64,000 nt of DNA, taken from the NCBI RefSeq assembly GCF_006345805.1, contig NC_043004.1, forward strand, positions 33,790,001 to 33,854,000, read 5' to 3'. This document shows, in pieces, positions 50,770 through 64,000 of the stretch. Made by a program: the position numbers and the translations under genes. Position 1 is the stretch's first letter. Each line of letters opens with the position of its first letter. The stretch comes from Octopus sinensis. Lineage: Eukaryota. A model generated the notes under the pieces. That model was not told the DNA's origin, searched no databases, and worked only from the letters and a program-made list of their open reading frames with translations.

Positions 50770-50958
50770 TCCCATGTAAAAAGCACTCAGTCGACTCTAC
50801 TGGGTGGTTGGTGTTAGGAAGGGTATGTAACAGTGAAAGCCTTGTCAAAACAGTCACAGAAGTCTGGTGCAGTCTTTTATCTGGCCAGCTCCTGTCAAAT
50901 TGGCCAACCCATGCCCGCATGGAAGGTAGACATTAAACAATGATGATGACAATGATAT
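50770..50958 (+). mobile_element. Family C RTE 3' tail
   Basis: CCATGTAAAAAGCACTCAG...GGTGTTAGGAAGGG...CCAACCCATGCCCGCATGGAAGG..(GAT)n. Confidence 0.8.
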
Positions 50959-50974
50959 ATATATATATATATTG

Positions 50975-51007
<33 letters not shown>

Positions 51008-51021
51008 TACTTATTACTTAG

Positions 51022-51656
51022 TAGTTATCGCCATACTGATATGGCAGTCTTATAAATATAAGACTAAAGCTGTCGCTGATTAGCTCCATGAGGCCATCGC
51101 CTCAAGCTAGCTATTTGACACACAACCTGCGTCCATTATAAACCTTCGAACAGGGGAGGTCAGCCACTTCATCCTGCCAGTCAGACAGCTGCAGACATGT
51201 TTCAGGGTATTTGCCCTTTATCAATGCAGCGTAGTCAGACCCAGCGTAGTCAGACTGTCCCTGTTCGAAGAATCTATTTACCTAGTTTCAGTGGAATACA
51301 TCCACTTGTTTTCAATAATAGAAATATTAAAATTACTAAGTCTCTCTAAAGGAGATTACGGAAGCGTTACTGGAAATTAATAGTTATCGCCATACTAATA
51401 TGACAGTCTTATAAATATAAGACTAAAGCTGTCGCTGATTAGCTCCATGAGGCCATCGCCTCAAGCTAGCTATTTGACACACAACCTGCATCCATTATAA
51501 ACCTTCAAACAGGCGATGGCCTCATGGAGCTAATCAGCGACAGCTTTAGTCTTATATTTATAAGACTGCCATATTAGTATGGCGATAACTATTAATTTCC
51601 AGTAACGCTGCCGTAATCTCCTTTAGAGAGACTTAGTAATTTTAATATTTCTATTA
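51022..51656 (-). mobile_element. Penelope-like element remnant: partial tandem pLTR plus inverted pLTR copy, with a hammerhead
   Basis: 133-bp direct repeat (51022-51154 = 51381-51513). 146-bp inverted repeat (51316-51461 / 51511-51656). Minimal type I hammerhead fold on the minus strand at 51188-51230. Confidence 0.75.
51188..51230 (-). ncRNA. Minimal type I hammerhead ribozyme motif with two core substitutions
   Basis: GCUGCA-[UUGAUAA]-AGGG-caaaua-CCCU-GAAAC-AU-GUC-UGCAGC: 6-bp stem I, 4-bp stem II, palindromic ACAUGU stem III. The core differs from CUGAUGA at positions 3 and 8. Confidence 0.7.
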
Positions 51657-52036
51657 CTTATTACTTATTATTTACTCATTACTTATTATCTTATATTTAA
51701 CTTTTTAATACTTTTTGATAGTTATATATTTTTAAAAAATTAAAAATTAAAAAATTTATAAAGATTTAAAATTTAAAAATATTAAAAAAATATAAAAATT
51801 TATAAATATAAATTAAAAATTTTAAATTTAAATAATTTAAATCTTAAATTTTATATTTTATATATTTTGTATATTATATTAATTATATTTATTTTTATGT
51901 TTTGGTTTATGTTTTTCATTGTTTAATTTGCCAAATATTGGTTTTATCTCTAATTTAATTTATATTTATATTTTATATATATATATATAAATAAAATGAT
52001 GGTGATGATGATGATGATGATGATATATGTATATAA

Positions 52037-52269
52037 GGGCGGCGAGCTGGCAGTATCGTTAGCACACCAGGCGAAATGCTTTGCTGTATTTTGTCTGCTG
52101 TTGCGTTCTGAGTTCAATTTCCACCGAGGTCGACTTCGCTTTTCATCTTTTGGGGGTCAATTAAATATGTACCAGTTACGCACTGGGGTCAATGTAATCG
52201 ACTTAATTCCTTTGTCTGTCCTTATTTGTCCCCTCTATGTTTAGCCTGCTGTGGGAAATAAAGAAATAG
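52037..52269 (+). mobile_element. Family A SINE, full length
   Basis: GGGCGGCGAGCTGGCAGTATCGTTAGCAC...CCGAGGTCGACTTCGCTTTTCATC...AAGAAATAG. Confidence 0.9.
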
Positions 52270-52762
52270 ATATATATATATGTGTGTGTTAAATACAAAC
52301 TCACACGTATACAGCTTTTATTACAAGACTTCAGTTCACTCCATGTCTGACTCTATTCCTTTCTGTTTTGTCTTTATCGTCTTCTCCCTCCACCACTCTC
52401 TCTCTCTCTCTCTCTCTCTTTCTCAACACTGATAATCTCTTTCTTGACTAATCTATTGCTTTATTCCCCCTCTCTTATCTCTTTACGCATTCTTCCTGAT
52501 CCTCTTTATCTCTCACATGAACCATCTTTTGATATTTATGTCATAATCTATTGGCTGACTTCTCTTTCCTCTCTCTCCTCACTTCTGTCTGTGGTGTCTT
52601 TTCCATTCCTTCGTTCTCTCCCTCTCTCCTTCTCTTTCTCTCTTTCACTCTAATTTTCGGTTCCTCTCTTTTTCTGTGTCTGCCTTTCTTCGTAGGAATC
52701 TTTTCATGCTATCTTGATCACTTCTGTTAGACACAAACTGAAGCACACTCACGCATACATAC

Positions 52763-52813
<51 letters not shown>

Positions 52814-53069
52814 TATACATATATATATGTTGCTAGCATGGAGAACGGACGCTAAACGATGATGATAATGATGATATATATATATATATATATTATATAT
52901 ATACAGACATACATATATATATATACACACACATATATATATAGAGAGAGAGAGAGAAAGAAAGAAAGAAAGAAAGTGAGCAAGGCCTGTATTCATCTCT
53001 TCACACTCCTCATTTTTTAAATCACCCTACTTCATTCTAGATTTCTTTATATCACAGTTTCACTCTTCA

Positions 53070-53137
53070 TTTTATACAAACATACAAACATGCACACATA
53101 CACACATACATACATGCATGCATACACACACATATGT

Positions 53138-53213
<76 letters not shown>

Positions 53214-53805
53214 GCACATATCACTTTATGATTTTCTCTCCCTCTCTCTCTCTCTCTCTCACTCTCTCTCTTTCTCACACAACAGAGTGAGAGTCAACTC
53301 CTTTGATCAGAGAATATATTGTACAGTTGACATGCATTGTTAGTTAATTGGCTCAGTCTGGTTGTACAACCAACCCTACATTATAAGACACTTATTTTCT
53401 GCACATATATACACATACCTATTTATATATATATGCATATAAATATTTATGTGTGCATACGTGCATGTTTGTACGTGCAGATGTATATATTCTGCATATA
53501 TAAAATTGTATATATATTTATATATATATGCATATATATGTGTGTGTGCGTGTTTGTGAGTGTGTATGTGTATTATACACACATAGCTATGTGTATCTAT
53601 ATATGTGTGTACATATACATTATATATAATATATATATTCATATATATATGTATATATATACATATATATATATGTATATATATATACACACATATATGC
53701 ATATGTATATATGTATGTGTATACACACACACACATATGTATACATATGCATATATATATATATATATATATGTGTATATATATATATATATGTGTGTGT
53801 GTATA

Positions 53806-53860
<55 letters not shown>
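53070..53860. repeat. Compound (AT)/(AC)/(CT) microsatellite region
   Basis: Directly visible. Confidence 0.9.
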
Positions 53861-53861
<1 letters not shown>

Positions 53862-54239
53862 AACATGAATGTTCTCTTCATTCAGCTCTGTTTTATATAT
53901 TTTATCCTTACTTGTTTTATTTTCTCCTTTCTTTTTGTTCTTTTTATTCTTTTTAGTTTTTAAACTCCATGTCTGTTCTCTTGGGGAGGCTCTCTGTATT
54001 GATAGCTCTGCAGAGAGTCAGTTTTCTGATGAGGGTAGGTGGAGTGTGGTCTATTGTTGTTGAAATTGGGGAATTCAGGAAACCCGCAATTTACAAATAA
54101 ATAAATATAGGAATAAAATAAAACAAACGCAGAAACTGAAAACGTCAACAAAAAACAAAAAACAATGAGATAAAAAAAAAATGTATTTAAGGCATAGGAA
54201 GAAAAAAGAGAGAGAAAAGGAAAAAAAATGAAGATGGTA

Positions 54240-54600
54240 AAAATGTTCTGGGAAGCAATCCTCTCCTTGATGTATGTTGCCAACACAGTGAAGCTTGGGA
54301 ATTACCTCGAGAGTGGAAAGCACAATTATTTGGCATGAAGATATGTATTCAATGCCAATTCTTGTGACATTCTTCTTCCTGGTGATTGCCAAATTACTAC
54401 TGATGGATATGATTGGAGTAATTCTTCGCAACATACTCTGAATATCTCTTCTGCCGGAAAAGAAGAAGCCGACTTCTTTGGCACATGTTGTCTGTAACAT
54501 TTTCTTCACTAATCAACTCTATAGAAACTGGAAAGTTTTTACTATTTTTAGCATGAAAACTTCAAGAAGGAAATTTACTCTATGTTATTGGATTTTATTT
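54240..54600 (+). mobile_element. Very degenerate RTE reverse-transcriptase fragment
   Basis: Across frameshifts: AWELPREWK (cf. G.LPQEWK), STII, VIAKLLL, ISLLPE (cf. ILPESQ) and LFLA*KLQEGNLLYV (cf. IFAARQLQEK...LY). Confidence 0.45.
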
Positions 54601-55854
54601 TTGATGATGGGAGAGACGAGTGTATTATTTTAATTATTTTTAATTATTTATGATTCTTTTCAATGTTTTTATTTTGTAATTGTTTCTTGTCTGTCTTCGT
54701 GCACACTGCTTCCCTCATCATCCCATCACCTGCACCGTTCTTTCTGTATATATTTCATGGCTTCTGTTTCTCTTTACAGCTATTACATTTATTAAACGAC
54801 ATTATTGAATCGTCGTTATAGTTTATTAGTTCATTTATCTGTTTAATGAACTAATTTTTTTGGTATCACTCACATGTCATGTCATTTTCTTTCTCTTACT
54901 CCCTACCATCCTATAAAATAGTTCTCTCTCTCTCTGTCTCTCTCTTTCTATTTAGTAGAAGTAATTATTTAGTGTTGTTCAATGTAAACCAAATTTCATC
55001 ATTCCTAGCCCCCCCCCTCATTTTGAACTCCTCATAACCACCAACATCACCACCACCACTAAGTGGAAAACATTCAAACTGTTTAATCAATTGTCATGAA
55101 AACGGTAGTTTTGTTGTCTGGCCAAGGTCACTAGAATGTTGACCTGTTTGCCTAAGGGTCAATAGTTGATACCCCGCATCAGCATGGTGTTGTGTCTATC
55201 ACAAACGCACTTAACTTTCAATGGCCTGCATTCATAGAACTATTAAATTGATTCCATTTATTTGGTTTCAAATAACTTTGAGAAAAGCTGATGTAATGCC
55301 AGAACTGAATACCTCAAAATATACAGAGTGGAACATAGAGTGAGTCTGATCTTTGGCCATATGGGACAACTCAGGACATAGTTCACTGTTATGAAACCTC
55401 ATCTGCAAAGCATAGTCTATCAGTTACAGCAGATCTTAGATGACTAGAAAAAGTATTATTACCAACACCACCACCGGTTAATATCCATGTTCCTTTGTGG
55501 TTTGAGTTTGAGGGTCTGAAAAGGGTCTGATGGGATCAAGAACTGAATCATGCTTAAATGTCTGCTTTGGCATGGTTTCTACAGCTGGATGCCCTTCCTA
55601 ATGCTAAACCACTTTACAGAGTGCACTGGGAGCTTTTTTCCATGTCCATCAGCACTTTTGAGTTCACCATGCATTTCAGTCTCTTTTACCAAGTTGTTAA
55701 GTCATGAAATACAGGAATATTGAGAAAGGGCCCAGGTGGCTGAAAGTTTTTACTGTTGCTCTTCTGATTTCAAATCTCATTGAAGATGGCTTTGGTTTTC
55801 ATCCATCTGGCATTCATGAACTGAAATTATCATCTTTTACTGTTTAAGTCAGTG

Positions 55855-56155
55855 CGAGCAAGGCTTAGAGGCTTAGTGGCTTAGTGGCTGCCAGCAGTGT
55901 GTTGAGTCCTTGAGCAAGACACTTTATTTCACACTGATTCAGTCCACTCAACTGACAAAGACGAGTTGTATGTGTTATTCAAAGGGCCAGCCTTATCACA
56001 GTCTGTGTTCTGTTGAATTTCCCTGACAATTATGTTAAGGGTACATGTGTCTGTGGAGTGCTCAGCTACTTGCACATTAATTTCACGAGCTGGCTGTTCC
56101 ATTGATCAGATCACCTGGAACCGTTGTCGCTGTAAACAATGGGTTGCCAGGTCAG
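55855..56155 (+). mobile_element. Further CORE-like SINE (family E)
   Basis: CCTTGAGCAAGACACTTTATTTCAC core-like motif. Tail GTACATGTGTCTGTGGAGTGCTCAGCTACTTGCACATTAATTTCACGAGC. A related head fragment lies at about 49650-49860. Confidence 0.55.
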
Positions 56156-57147
56156 TTGGGGAGAGACAGGAAATGTCCATGACTCTTAATTTTATCAAAG
56201 CATCTGGGATTGATGGGAGGGCAGGAGCACCTGAAAAACCAAACTGGGAACCAAGACTAAATGCTTGCAGCAGAGAGAACTCTGCTCAAGTCATCAAAGG
56301 TGCAAGTAGTGGTGTATTGAAACTGGTTGCCAGATTAAGACATGAAAATGCAGAATGAAAAATGCCAGAACAAATACCAATGCCATTCCAATAATTCAGC
56401 AAATGAGGACAGTGAGATGGCAAAAGACTTTGTGACACTTCATTAGTTTTTACGTCGGGAGTTCAAATTCTACTGAGGTCGAATTTGCCTTGCATCATTT
56501 TGAGGTCAACTTTGCCTTGCATCAGTTGAGTGTGTGTGTGTGCATGTGTATGTGCTCATGTGTATGTGTGTGCATGTATATGTGTGTGCACATGTATGTG
56601 TCTGTGTACATGTGTGTGCATGTGCGTGTGTGTGTGTGCGTGTGTGCATGTGTACATGTGTGCATGCGTGTCTGTGTATGCATGTGTTTGTGTGTGAATG
56701 TGTATGTGTGTGCATGTGTGCATGTGTACGTCTGTGCATGTCTGTGTACGTGTGTGTGTCTGTGCATGCATGTGTGTGTTACCATCTGCATACTTTGACA
56801 TCACAGGGTAATGATTGTCAGTGCCATACAAGCAGTGTCCTTCATTCCCAATCTTCTATGAAAACATGTCTGGTCATGAGGAATTATTACCTTACTTGCA
56901 AACATGTTGGCAACAGGAAAGGCACAAGAACATAGATAATCTGCCTCAGAAAATTCTGTCTGACTCATGTGAGCATGGAAAAGTAGACATTAAGATAATG
57001 ATGATGATGATGACAATGATGATGATGACCAGCCAAAGGCTATGGCAGGACACACTTTGCCCAGGTAGTCACACTATATATTTAAAAGCTCAGCAATATG
57101 AAGTTCGTCTCTGTTCGTCAAATAAGAACAACTCCAGGGATTATACT

Positions 57148-57345
57148 GATATCATTGTTGAGAATTTTCTGTTGCCCAGGAAGATTTTTTAAGTGTTTAT
57201 TACTTATATATATTACTGATATATATTACTGATATTTATTACTGATATTTATTACTGATATATATTACTGATATATATTACTGATATATTATACTCATAT
57301 CATTATTGAGAATTTTCTGTTGCCCAAGAAGATTTTTTAAGAGTT
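57148..57345. repeat. 13-bp tandem array (TATATTACTGATA) bracketed by a direct repeat of about 45 bp
   Basis: ATATCATTGTTGAGAATTTTCTGTTGCCCAGGAAGATTTTTTAAG recurs as ATATCATTATTGAGAATTTTCTGTTGCCCAAGAAGATTTTTTAAG. Confidence 0.85.
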
Positions 57346-57732
57346 TTATCACATAATTAAAAGGTGTGTGTGTGTGTGTGTGATAAATTAGAAACAGACA
57401 TTTAATGTAATTAATTCCACTTAATTAGCTTTTAAATGTACAATTAGCACTTTGAGTAAAAAGCATTTTAAAATTATAAAATATTTTCATTTCAAAATGG
57501 TAGTTGCAAACTAAAAATATTTCTGCATTGACAAGGGTTCTTTTGCTGTGAATATTTTCAAAAGTACCATAATGCTCTGGTTTTTCTCTTATTCTAGATC
57601 ATGATATTTCAAAAATTTAATACTTATTTTGAATTTTGAATTAATATGTGGTACTGATCTGCCTAGAAATAGCAGCCAAATGTCTCTCAAATCAAACCCT
57701 ACATTTTCAAAATGCGAAGATAACATATGAAT

Positions 57733-57960
57733 CCAGAATCTTGGTTTCAAATTTTGGCACAAGATCAGCAATCTGGAGAAGGGGGTGGTGTAAGTTGGTT
57801 TCATCAACTCCAGTGTTCAACTGGTACTTATGTTATGGACCTCAATAAGATGAATGGCAAAGGTGACCCCAGCAGGATTTGAACTCAGAACAAAAGGATG
57901 GATGAAATGTCATTAAGTATTTTGTCCTGTGTGCTAACAGTTCTGCCAGCTCACTGCCTT
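57733..57960 (-). mobile_element. Family A SINE, degenerate
   Basis: CTGGTACTTATG...GATGAATGGCAAAGGTGACCCCAGCAGGATTTGAACTCAGAAC...CTGCCAGCTCACTGCCTT. Confidence 0.75.
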
Positions 57961-58146
57961 AAAGGGACCAGACAGAATATTCACAGCTGAAATGCCCCAA
58001 ATTATAAGGTGGCTTACTCAGAGCTAACTTAGGGTTGAATGGCATCAGCTGCAACAGCAACAACAATATCTCAGTTTTGAGGCAAATATATCAGTGTTCC
58101 TTCCATGACTCAACTAGGTAAAAGAAGTTAACCACCCCAGCATTAG

Positions 58147-58224
58147 AGTACAACTGGGTACTTGAGTATGACTGGGTACCGGAGTATGACTGGTTACTTG
58201 AGTATGATTGGGTGCCAGAGTATG
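58147..58224. repeat. 18-bp minisatellite (GAGTATGACTGGGTACTT-like, about 4 units)
   Basis: Directly visible. Confidence 0.75.
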
Positions 58225-59039
58225 TTAGTATGAATGCGTCTGTGTATGTGAATGCATGGCAGTTTGTCTGCGTGCATGTTATGTGTAAAGAATCCTGGTT
58301 GTAATCTGGGATCAAACCCTTTATTCTCAGCATCTCATTTCACCAAACCTTTATTTTCAGCCATTAAAGAAACGAAAGTCTGTCTTAAGCTTGTCAAACC
58401 CTTTTGGCTAGGGTTGGTCCCAAGATCTATTGATGGGATCTCTTGTAGGATTTATTCTCTCAATGATCCCTGCAGGGTGGACTAAAGCCACATCAAATGA
58501 AGAACACACTGCCTGGCCTGGGAATTGAACCTAAGACACAGCATATCATTTTATCTGAGGACTGAACTTAGCATAAAGAAGCCAAAAGAGAGGATCTGAG
58601 ATATTTCCTTAACTCCCAAATGTTGAATCACATCCATCAAAATTAATAAAGTTGTTATCCACCCTGCATCCATTAATACTCTTCTCTCTCTCCCCGCTTT
58701 CATTAATCACCACCCCTCAGTCAATAACTATTCTCCCTTCAATTCCCCACCATATGTCTCTCACCCTCTTCATGCACTACACCTACCTCTCTCTTCCACC
58801 ACACATACCTGAAGCCTACCCACCTTCATTCTCTCTTTCTCCCCCCCACCTCGTTGCACCCTGGCTTCCTTTAACCACTCCCACACACTCTTCTAAAATA
58901 TGATTAGCAACAAACCTGTTCTCCTGACCCCAATTCTCTCCTACTTTCAGCAACCGTCAGACCTCCATCTGCCAGCATAAATTTTTCTCCCCTGGGGTCC
59001 GTAAGTCTTCCAAATTGCATGATGGCCTCAGTAGTGCAA

Positions 59040-59309
59040 GAGACACACAAAAAAAAGAAAAATGCACCCAGTTCACTCTGTAAAGTAGTTGGTGTCAGGA
59101 AATGCATCCAGCTATAGAAACCTTGCCAAAAGCAGAACATTGGAGCATGATGCAGTTCTTTGACATGTTGGATCCTGTCAAACTGTTTAAAGGAAGATGA
59201 TGACGATAATGACAACGCTGCTGCTGCTGATGATGACAGTGATGATGACGATGATGATGATGACGATGATGATGATGATGACGGTGATGACGATGATGAT
59301 GATAATGAC

Positions 59310-59355
<46 letters not shown>

Positions 59356-59497
59356 GTGACGATGATGATGATGGTGATGATGATGATATGATGATGATGA
59401 TGATGATTGATGATGATGATGATGATGATGATGATGACGACAATGGTGATGTTGATGATAATGATGATGATGATGATGATGATGAGGAGGAGGAGGA
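59040..59497 (+). mobile_element. Family C tail followed by an expanded (GAT)n array of about 300 bp
   Basis: AATGCACCCAGTTCACTCTGTAAAGTAGTTGGTGTCAGGAAATGCATCCAGCTATAGAAAC, then (GAT)n. Confidence 0.75.
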
Positions 59498-60869
59498 GGA
59501 TAGGCAACCAGAAACAATGTGTCCAATACTAGCAATGCGGGAGCTTCCTGACCTGCTAAACATCCTGAACCCAACATCAACCCTAACCCCCTAGACCATG
59601 CATCTTCACCATTTCCAACACCAGATTTGCAACCATATGCAAAGAACCTTCTTACACTTCTCCTCTGCGATATCACTAGCAAACCATAGTTAAGCGCCAA
59701 GTAATAAGAATCCATTTTCTAACCAAAGGCAAAGTATCAATTGCTTGTACGGCTGATCTGAAGAAACAGAATTGTCTTGGAGGCATCTGGATGAGGCTCG
59801 TTTCAATGCTCCAAATTAACAACAAATAAACTCATTAAATTGTATTATAATATCTCAAAGACATTGGAAAGGGATATATTTAACATTACATTTAGATTAA
59901 AGTCGTATGTTTCCTTCCAAACCGATTTATAATTAAGAAAATTTGGCAGAATCATAATGGAATAATCAATTTTTAATTTGTAATAGACTTAGCTTCAAAT
60001 AAAATGGTTTTATATTAATATTAGCCATTAGGTAATTGTGAAGGAAACACTTTTATTAAATCCTGGAACACACAATGTCGGAATATAGGGTAAGATGTGA
60101 AGGAATCTAGTAGAGGAGAGAAATAAGAGAGATAGAGAGTAAGAGATATAGTAAAGGAGAGAGAGGGAAAGAGAGAGAGAGGGAAAGAGAGAGAAAGAGT
60201 AATAGATATAGTGGAGAAGAGAAAAGGGAAATTAGAAGGACCAGAGAATGTGAGAGATATGAGAAGTAAAGAAGAAGGAGAGCAGTGAGAAATAAATAAA
60301 TTTATAATGGAAGATTAACTGGAATTTTGAGAGAAAGCAAAGAGGTGGGGGAGGGGAGAAAGAGAGAGAGAGAGAGAGAGAGAGCTACGTGTTGATGGAG
60401 AGATAAAGGGAAAAAGTAAAGAAGAGTTATGTAATAGAATTTTGTGTAGAGATGGAAAGACAAAATGAAAAATAAAGAAGACTAACAGAGGAATATCAAT
60501 GTGTGTATGTGTGTGTATGTGTGTGTGTGTGTACATTTACTATACACACACCTAAGTATCTGTATGTGTGCATGTATATATACATATAAACCCATACAGA
60601 TAATCATGCTACTATGAATATTTGTATGTATCCATGTATCCATATGTGTATTTGTATGTGTGTGTGGGTGTGTGTATGTGTGTGTGTATACATACACACA
60701 TATATAAATGTATATATACAGAAATAAATCTTTAATTATTTATCTCTCTTTATTTCACTATTAACGTCTCTCACACTCTGTGTACATATATATATATATA
60801 TATATAATATATATATATATATGTATGTGTATAATTATATACATATATATATATATATGTGTGTGTATG

Positions 60870-60927
<58 letters not shown>

Positions 60928-60934
60928 GTGTGTG

Positions 60935-60972
<38 letters not shown>

Positions 60973-61857
60973 CTGTACATAAGCAAATGTGTAGAGGGAA
61001 TGAGAAATTAATAGCTTAAATAAAGAGAATGAAATATATATATAGAGAGAAGTGAATAATTTGATAAAGTGATAGCAAGAGAGAGAGAGACAGAGAGAGA
61101 GAGACAGAGAAGGGGAGTGGGAGGTAAATAGCTAGTAATATACAGAATATAATATGAAAAATCAGTTGACTAAGAGTAATACGAAAACTGCACGAATAAC
61201 GTTTATGATTGATGAGGTAGTGATTATTCAGGAGAGAACAAAGAAAAGAAAATCTTCGTTAACTGACAATTAACACAGATGATTGGCAAAGCTGACAGCA
61301 AGTTTCTAGAATTTCGAAAACGTTGCATGGAAAACCTCCAATTAGTAATTTACCAATTATAGCGGTGTTTTTTTGCCTTGTGCATTTTATTTGTTCATCT
61401 TAATTATATATTCACATTTTACATTTGCGTGTACTTAGATACGTAAGTGTATGTGTATACATGAGTGTGCATGTGTATGTATGTATGTGTGTATGTATGA
61501 TAATACATATATATATATATATATTGTAGTGTGCTTGCATTAATCCAGTTTCCGCGTAAGGTCTGCTCATTTTTGCATTGATGTGACTGCAATGTTGTTC
61601 CAGTTGATGTCTCACTTCATCTGACATTGAAACCTTATCTCTGTTAACTGTGTCCTAATGGCCTATTTACTGCCAAGAGGAGGTTGGTGGCTTGGGGGAA
61701 GGAATCTAAAAAGCACCAGAGCAGAATGAGAAAGGTGGAAAACTATTGCCTCTTAAAACCACAATCATAACCAAAAACAGCAAAGACCGCCAGAGTTGTC
61801 AGTTGATATGTAATAGAATATATTGAGCAGCACTAAAAGACTTGTCATTATGCCGAG

Positions 61858-62290
61858 ACACAGGCATGACTGGATGGTAAGGAGCTTTCTTCCCAACCAT
61901 ATGGTTCTGGGTTCAGTCCCTCTGCATGGCATCTTGGGCAAGTATTTTCTACTCTAGCCTTAGGCCTATTGAAGCCTTGTAGACAGAAACTGAAAGAAGC
62001 CTATTGTTTATATGTATGTGTGCTTGTGTGTGTGTGCGTGTGTGTGTGTGTGTGTGCATGTGTGTGTGTATGCGTATGTGTGTGAGTGTGTGTTTGTATT
62101 TGTGTTTGTCTCCCTCCTCTGCTTGACAAAATGGTATTGGTGTGTTTACATCCCTATAATTTAGGGGTTTGATGAAAGAGACCAATAAAATAAGTGCTGG
62201 GCTTTGGAAAAAGGTCAATTCATTCTAACTAAAAAATTTTTCAAGGTAGAGCCCCAGCATGGCCATAGTCTGATGACTGAAATAACTAAG
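61858..62290 (+). mobile_element. Family B SINE, full length, degenerate
   Basis: CACAGGCATGACTGG...GGGTTCAGTCCC...CTTGGGCAAGT...GAAACTGAAAGAAGCC...CCAGCATGGCCATAGTCTGATGACTGAAA. Confidence 0.8.
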
Positions 62291-62449
62291 AGATAAGAGA
62301 TAAGCGATATTGTATGCTTTTGCATCGTGTTGATGACAATGGAAGTCTTCCCGATTGAGTGTGAATTCTCCTGTTTGATGAAAAAATATCATTACTTCAT
62401 TCAGACTTTGTCATAATGTTTTCTTGGCAGAGATATTAGGGTGGTTGAA

Positions 62450-62614
62450 GGTTCTGAGTTCAAATTCCGCCGAGGTCGACTTTGCCTTTCATCCTTTCAG
62501 GGTCGATAAATTAAGTACCAGTTACGCACTGGGGTCGATGTAATCGACTTAATCCCTTTGTCTATCCTTATTTGTCCTCTCTGTGTTTAGCCCCTTGTGG
62601 TTTGTAAAGAAATA
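62450..62614 (+). mobile_element. 5'-truncated family A SINE with a 16-bp TSD, inserted at an RTE tail
   Basis: Flanked by AGATATTAGGGTGGTT and AGATACTAGGGTGGTT. The adjacent minus-strand 62625-62960 has an RTE-like LFGHHTR motif and a GGAAGACAATGGCAAACCACC tail. Confidence 0.8.
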
Positions 62615-64000
62615 GATACTAGGGTGGTTTGCCATTGTCTTCCTCTACTGGATGGCCATGGGTCCACACAGAGCTCATCTGCCCTTAAACAGGTCCTGAT
62701 TTTGGTCCACACACCCTTTTTACATGCTACTCAAGTGGGGGAGCTGGTTTAGTCACCAAGCACCATGAAACTAAACGACTGGTTCTGTTAAAATTTCTGT
62801 CTTCCCATCTTGTGTGATGCCCAAACAATTCCAGAGATCCACCCTTCTGGACAGAGAATTTAGTTATCAATGCTGGAAGGAGCAAATACAACGTTGGAAC
62901 ATGGTGAATATAGGGCCAAAGCAAATGTTGCAAGCATTTTACTCACCATTCTGATGTTTGTGATAATTCACTGCATTTGGTTATACATGTATATACACAT
63001 GCATGTATGCACACACACACACACAAATCTGCCTAAAAATCAAAGTCACTCACAAGGGCTGGAGTGAACTCAATCTCTAATGGTGGAGGAAACCCATGGA
63101 AGGGGTAGACCCAGGACATCCATTCATAGAAAATCTGCCACAACAAATTCCATCTGACCCATGCTAGCATGGAAAAGGGGAAGTTGTGTGATGATGATGG
63201 GTATTTCTTTAAATCTTAATTTTTGTTTACTAAAGGTGAAATAAAACTAAATACAAATAATTTGCTCAAGAAATAGCAACAAAGTAATAAGAATTAAATT
63301 AACAATGAAAATATCATTTCTGAGACATATCTGTGTGTTCTCTGAGATTTTAGTTTAAATTTAATCTTTCTTAGAGAGAAAAATATTCCAAAGAACATCT
63401 TTTTATTTTATTGTCATCTTTCATACCATAAAAGTCCCAAAGATGACATAATTTAAACTTTAATGTGAACTCGTTAACGCTAATTCATATAACTAATCAA
63501 CCTTAATGCCAGACTTTTAACATTTATTACAGGATGAGACTCTCGTGATAATGCTATTGACAGTGTTAAATTAAAAACAGAATAAAAATGAATTCAATTC
63601 TTCATCTCTCACAATTACTTCTCGGTTATTAAACAACACAAACAAAGCTAATTATGAATATCAATTTGAATAATAAATTCTACAACATCTACCCTTGGGT
63701 AAACACCAGGTCAGTTCTTCAAACTTTAGATTTGCACATTAGGTGTATAATAGATTCATTGAATTTCGGATTGATTTCTTAAAATGAATAAATCTCTCAC
63801 ATTATTACAATTTTCATCTGTTTCTCCATAATTTTCTGTTTGTAAAATGTAATCGAACGTAATAAATAATCTTTGACAGAAGAAATTTTCTGTTTAACTC
63901 TCTTCATTTTTGATATGAACTGTTTGAGTAACTGATATTACCAAGAAAACCGTATGGCGTTGTAAATAACATAGTTGGAGCAAATTTAAGCTTTCCATAA

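Noticed and set aside
54025-54070. CTGATGA...GAAA as a hammerhead (also CTGATGA at 25379)
   Set aside because: GAAA is not adjacent to a stem II, or is absent, and there is no stem III or cleavage triplet.
54075-54509. 144-aa minus-strand ORF with apparent splice sites
   Set aside because: The plus strand carries RTE RT-like motifs across frameshifts, and the ORF's second half is a T-rich low-complexity tract.
57148-57345. CRISPR-like repeat-spacer array
   Set aside because: Only two long repeats enclose a simple 13-bp tandem; there are no unique spacers or cas genes, and the context is eukaryotic.

Overview
AT-rich (roughly one-third GC by eye), microsatellite-saturated eukaryotic DNA. The SINE/LINE repertoire looks like that of a cephalopod, most likely Octopus; this is an inference from repeat motifs. 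I cannot identify any intact host protein-coding gene, and nearly all ORFs in the supplied track are translations of simple repeats. Most identifiable content is transposon debris. It includes three mariner relics, one near full length with TIRs, TA target duplication and a D34D domain, nested in an RTE 3' tail. It also includes a Helitron helicase relic, two non-autonomous Helitrons, several RTE-type LINE fragments (one family ending in three C2H2 fingers and always embedded in (TATG)n), a restriction-like-endonuclease LINE tail, and many tRNA-derived SINEs. Less routine signals: five unrelated minimal hammerhead-ribozyme-like motifs, two or three in Penelope-like repeat contexts; at least six long fold-back hairpins; and a minus-strand candidate exon with strong splice sites and a single in-frame TGA. 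All calls were made by eye, without database searches.
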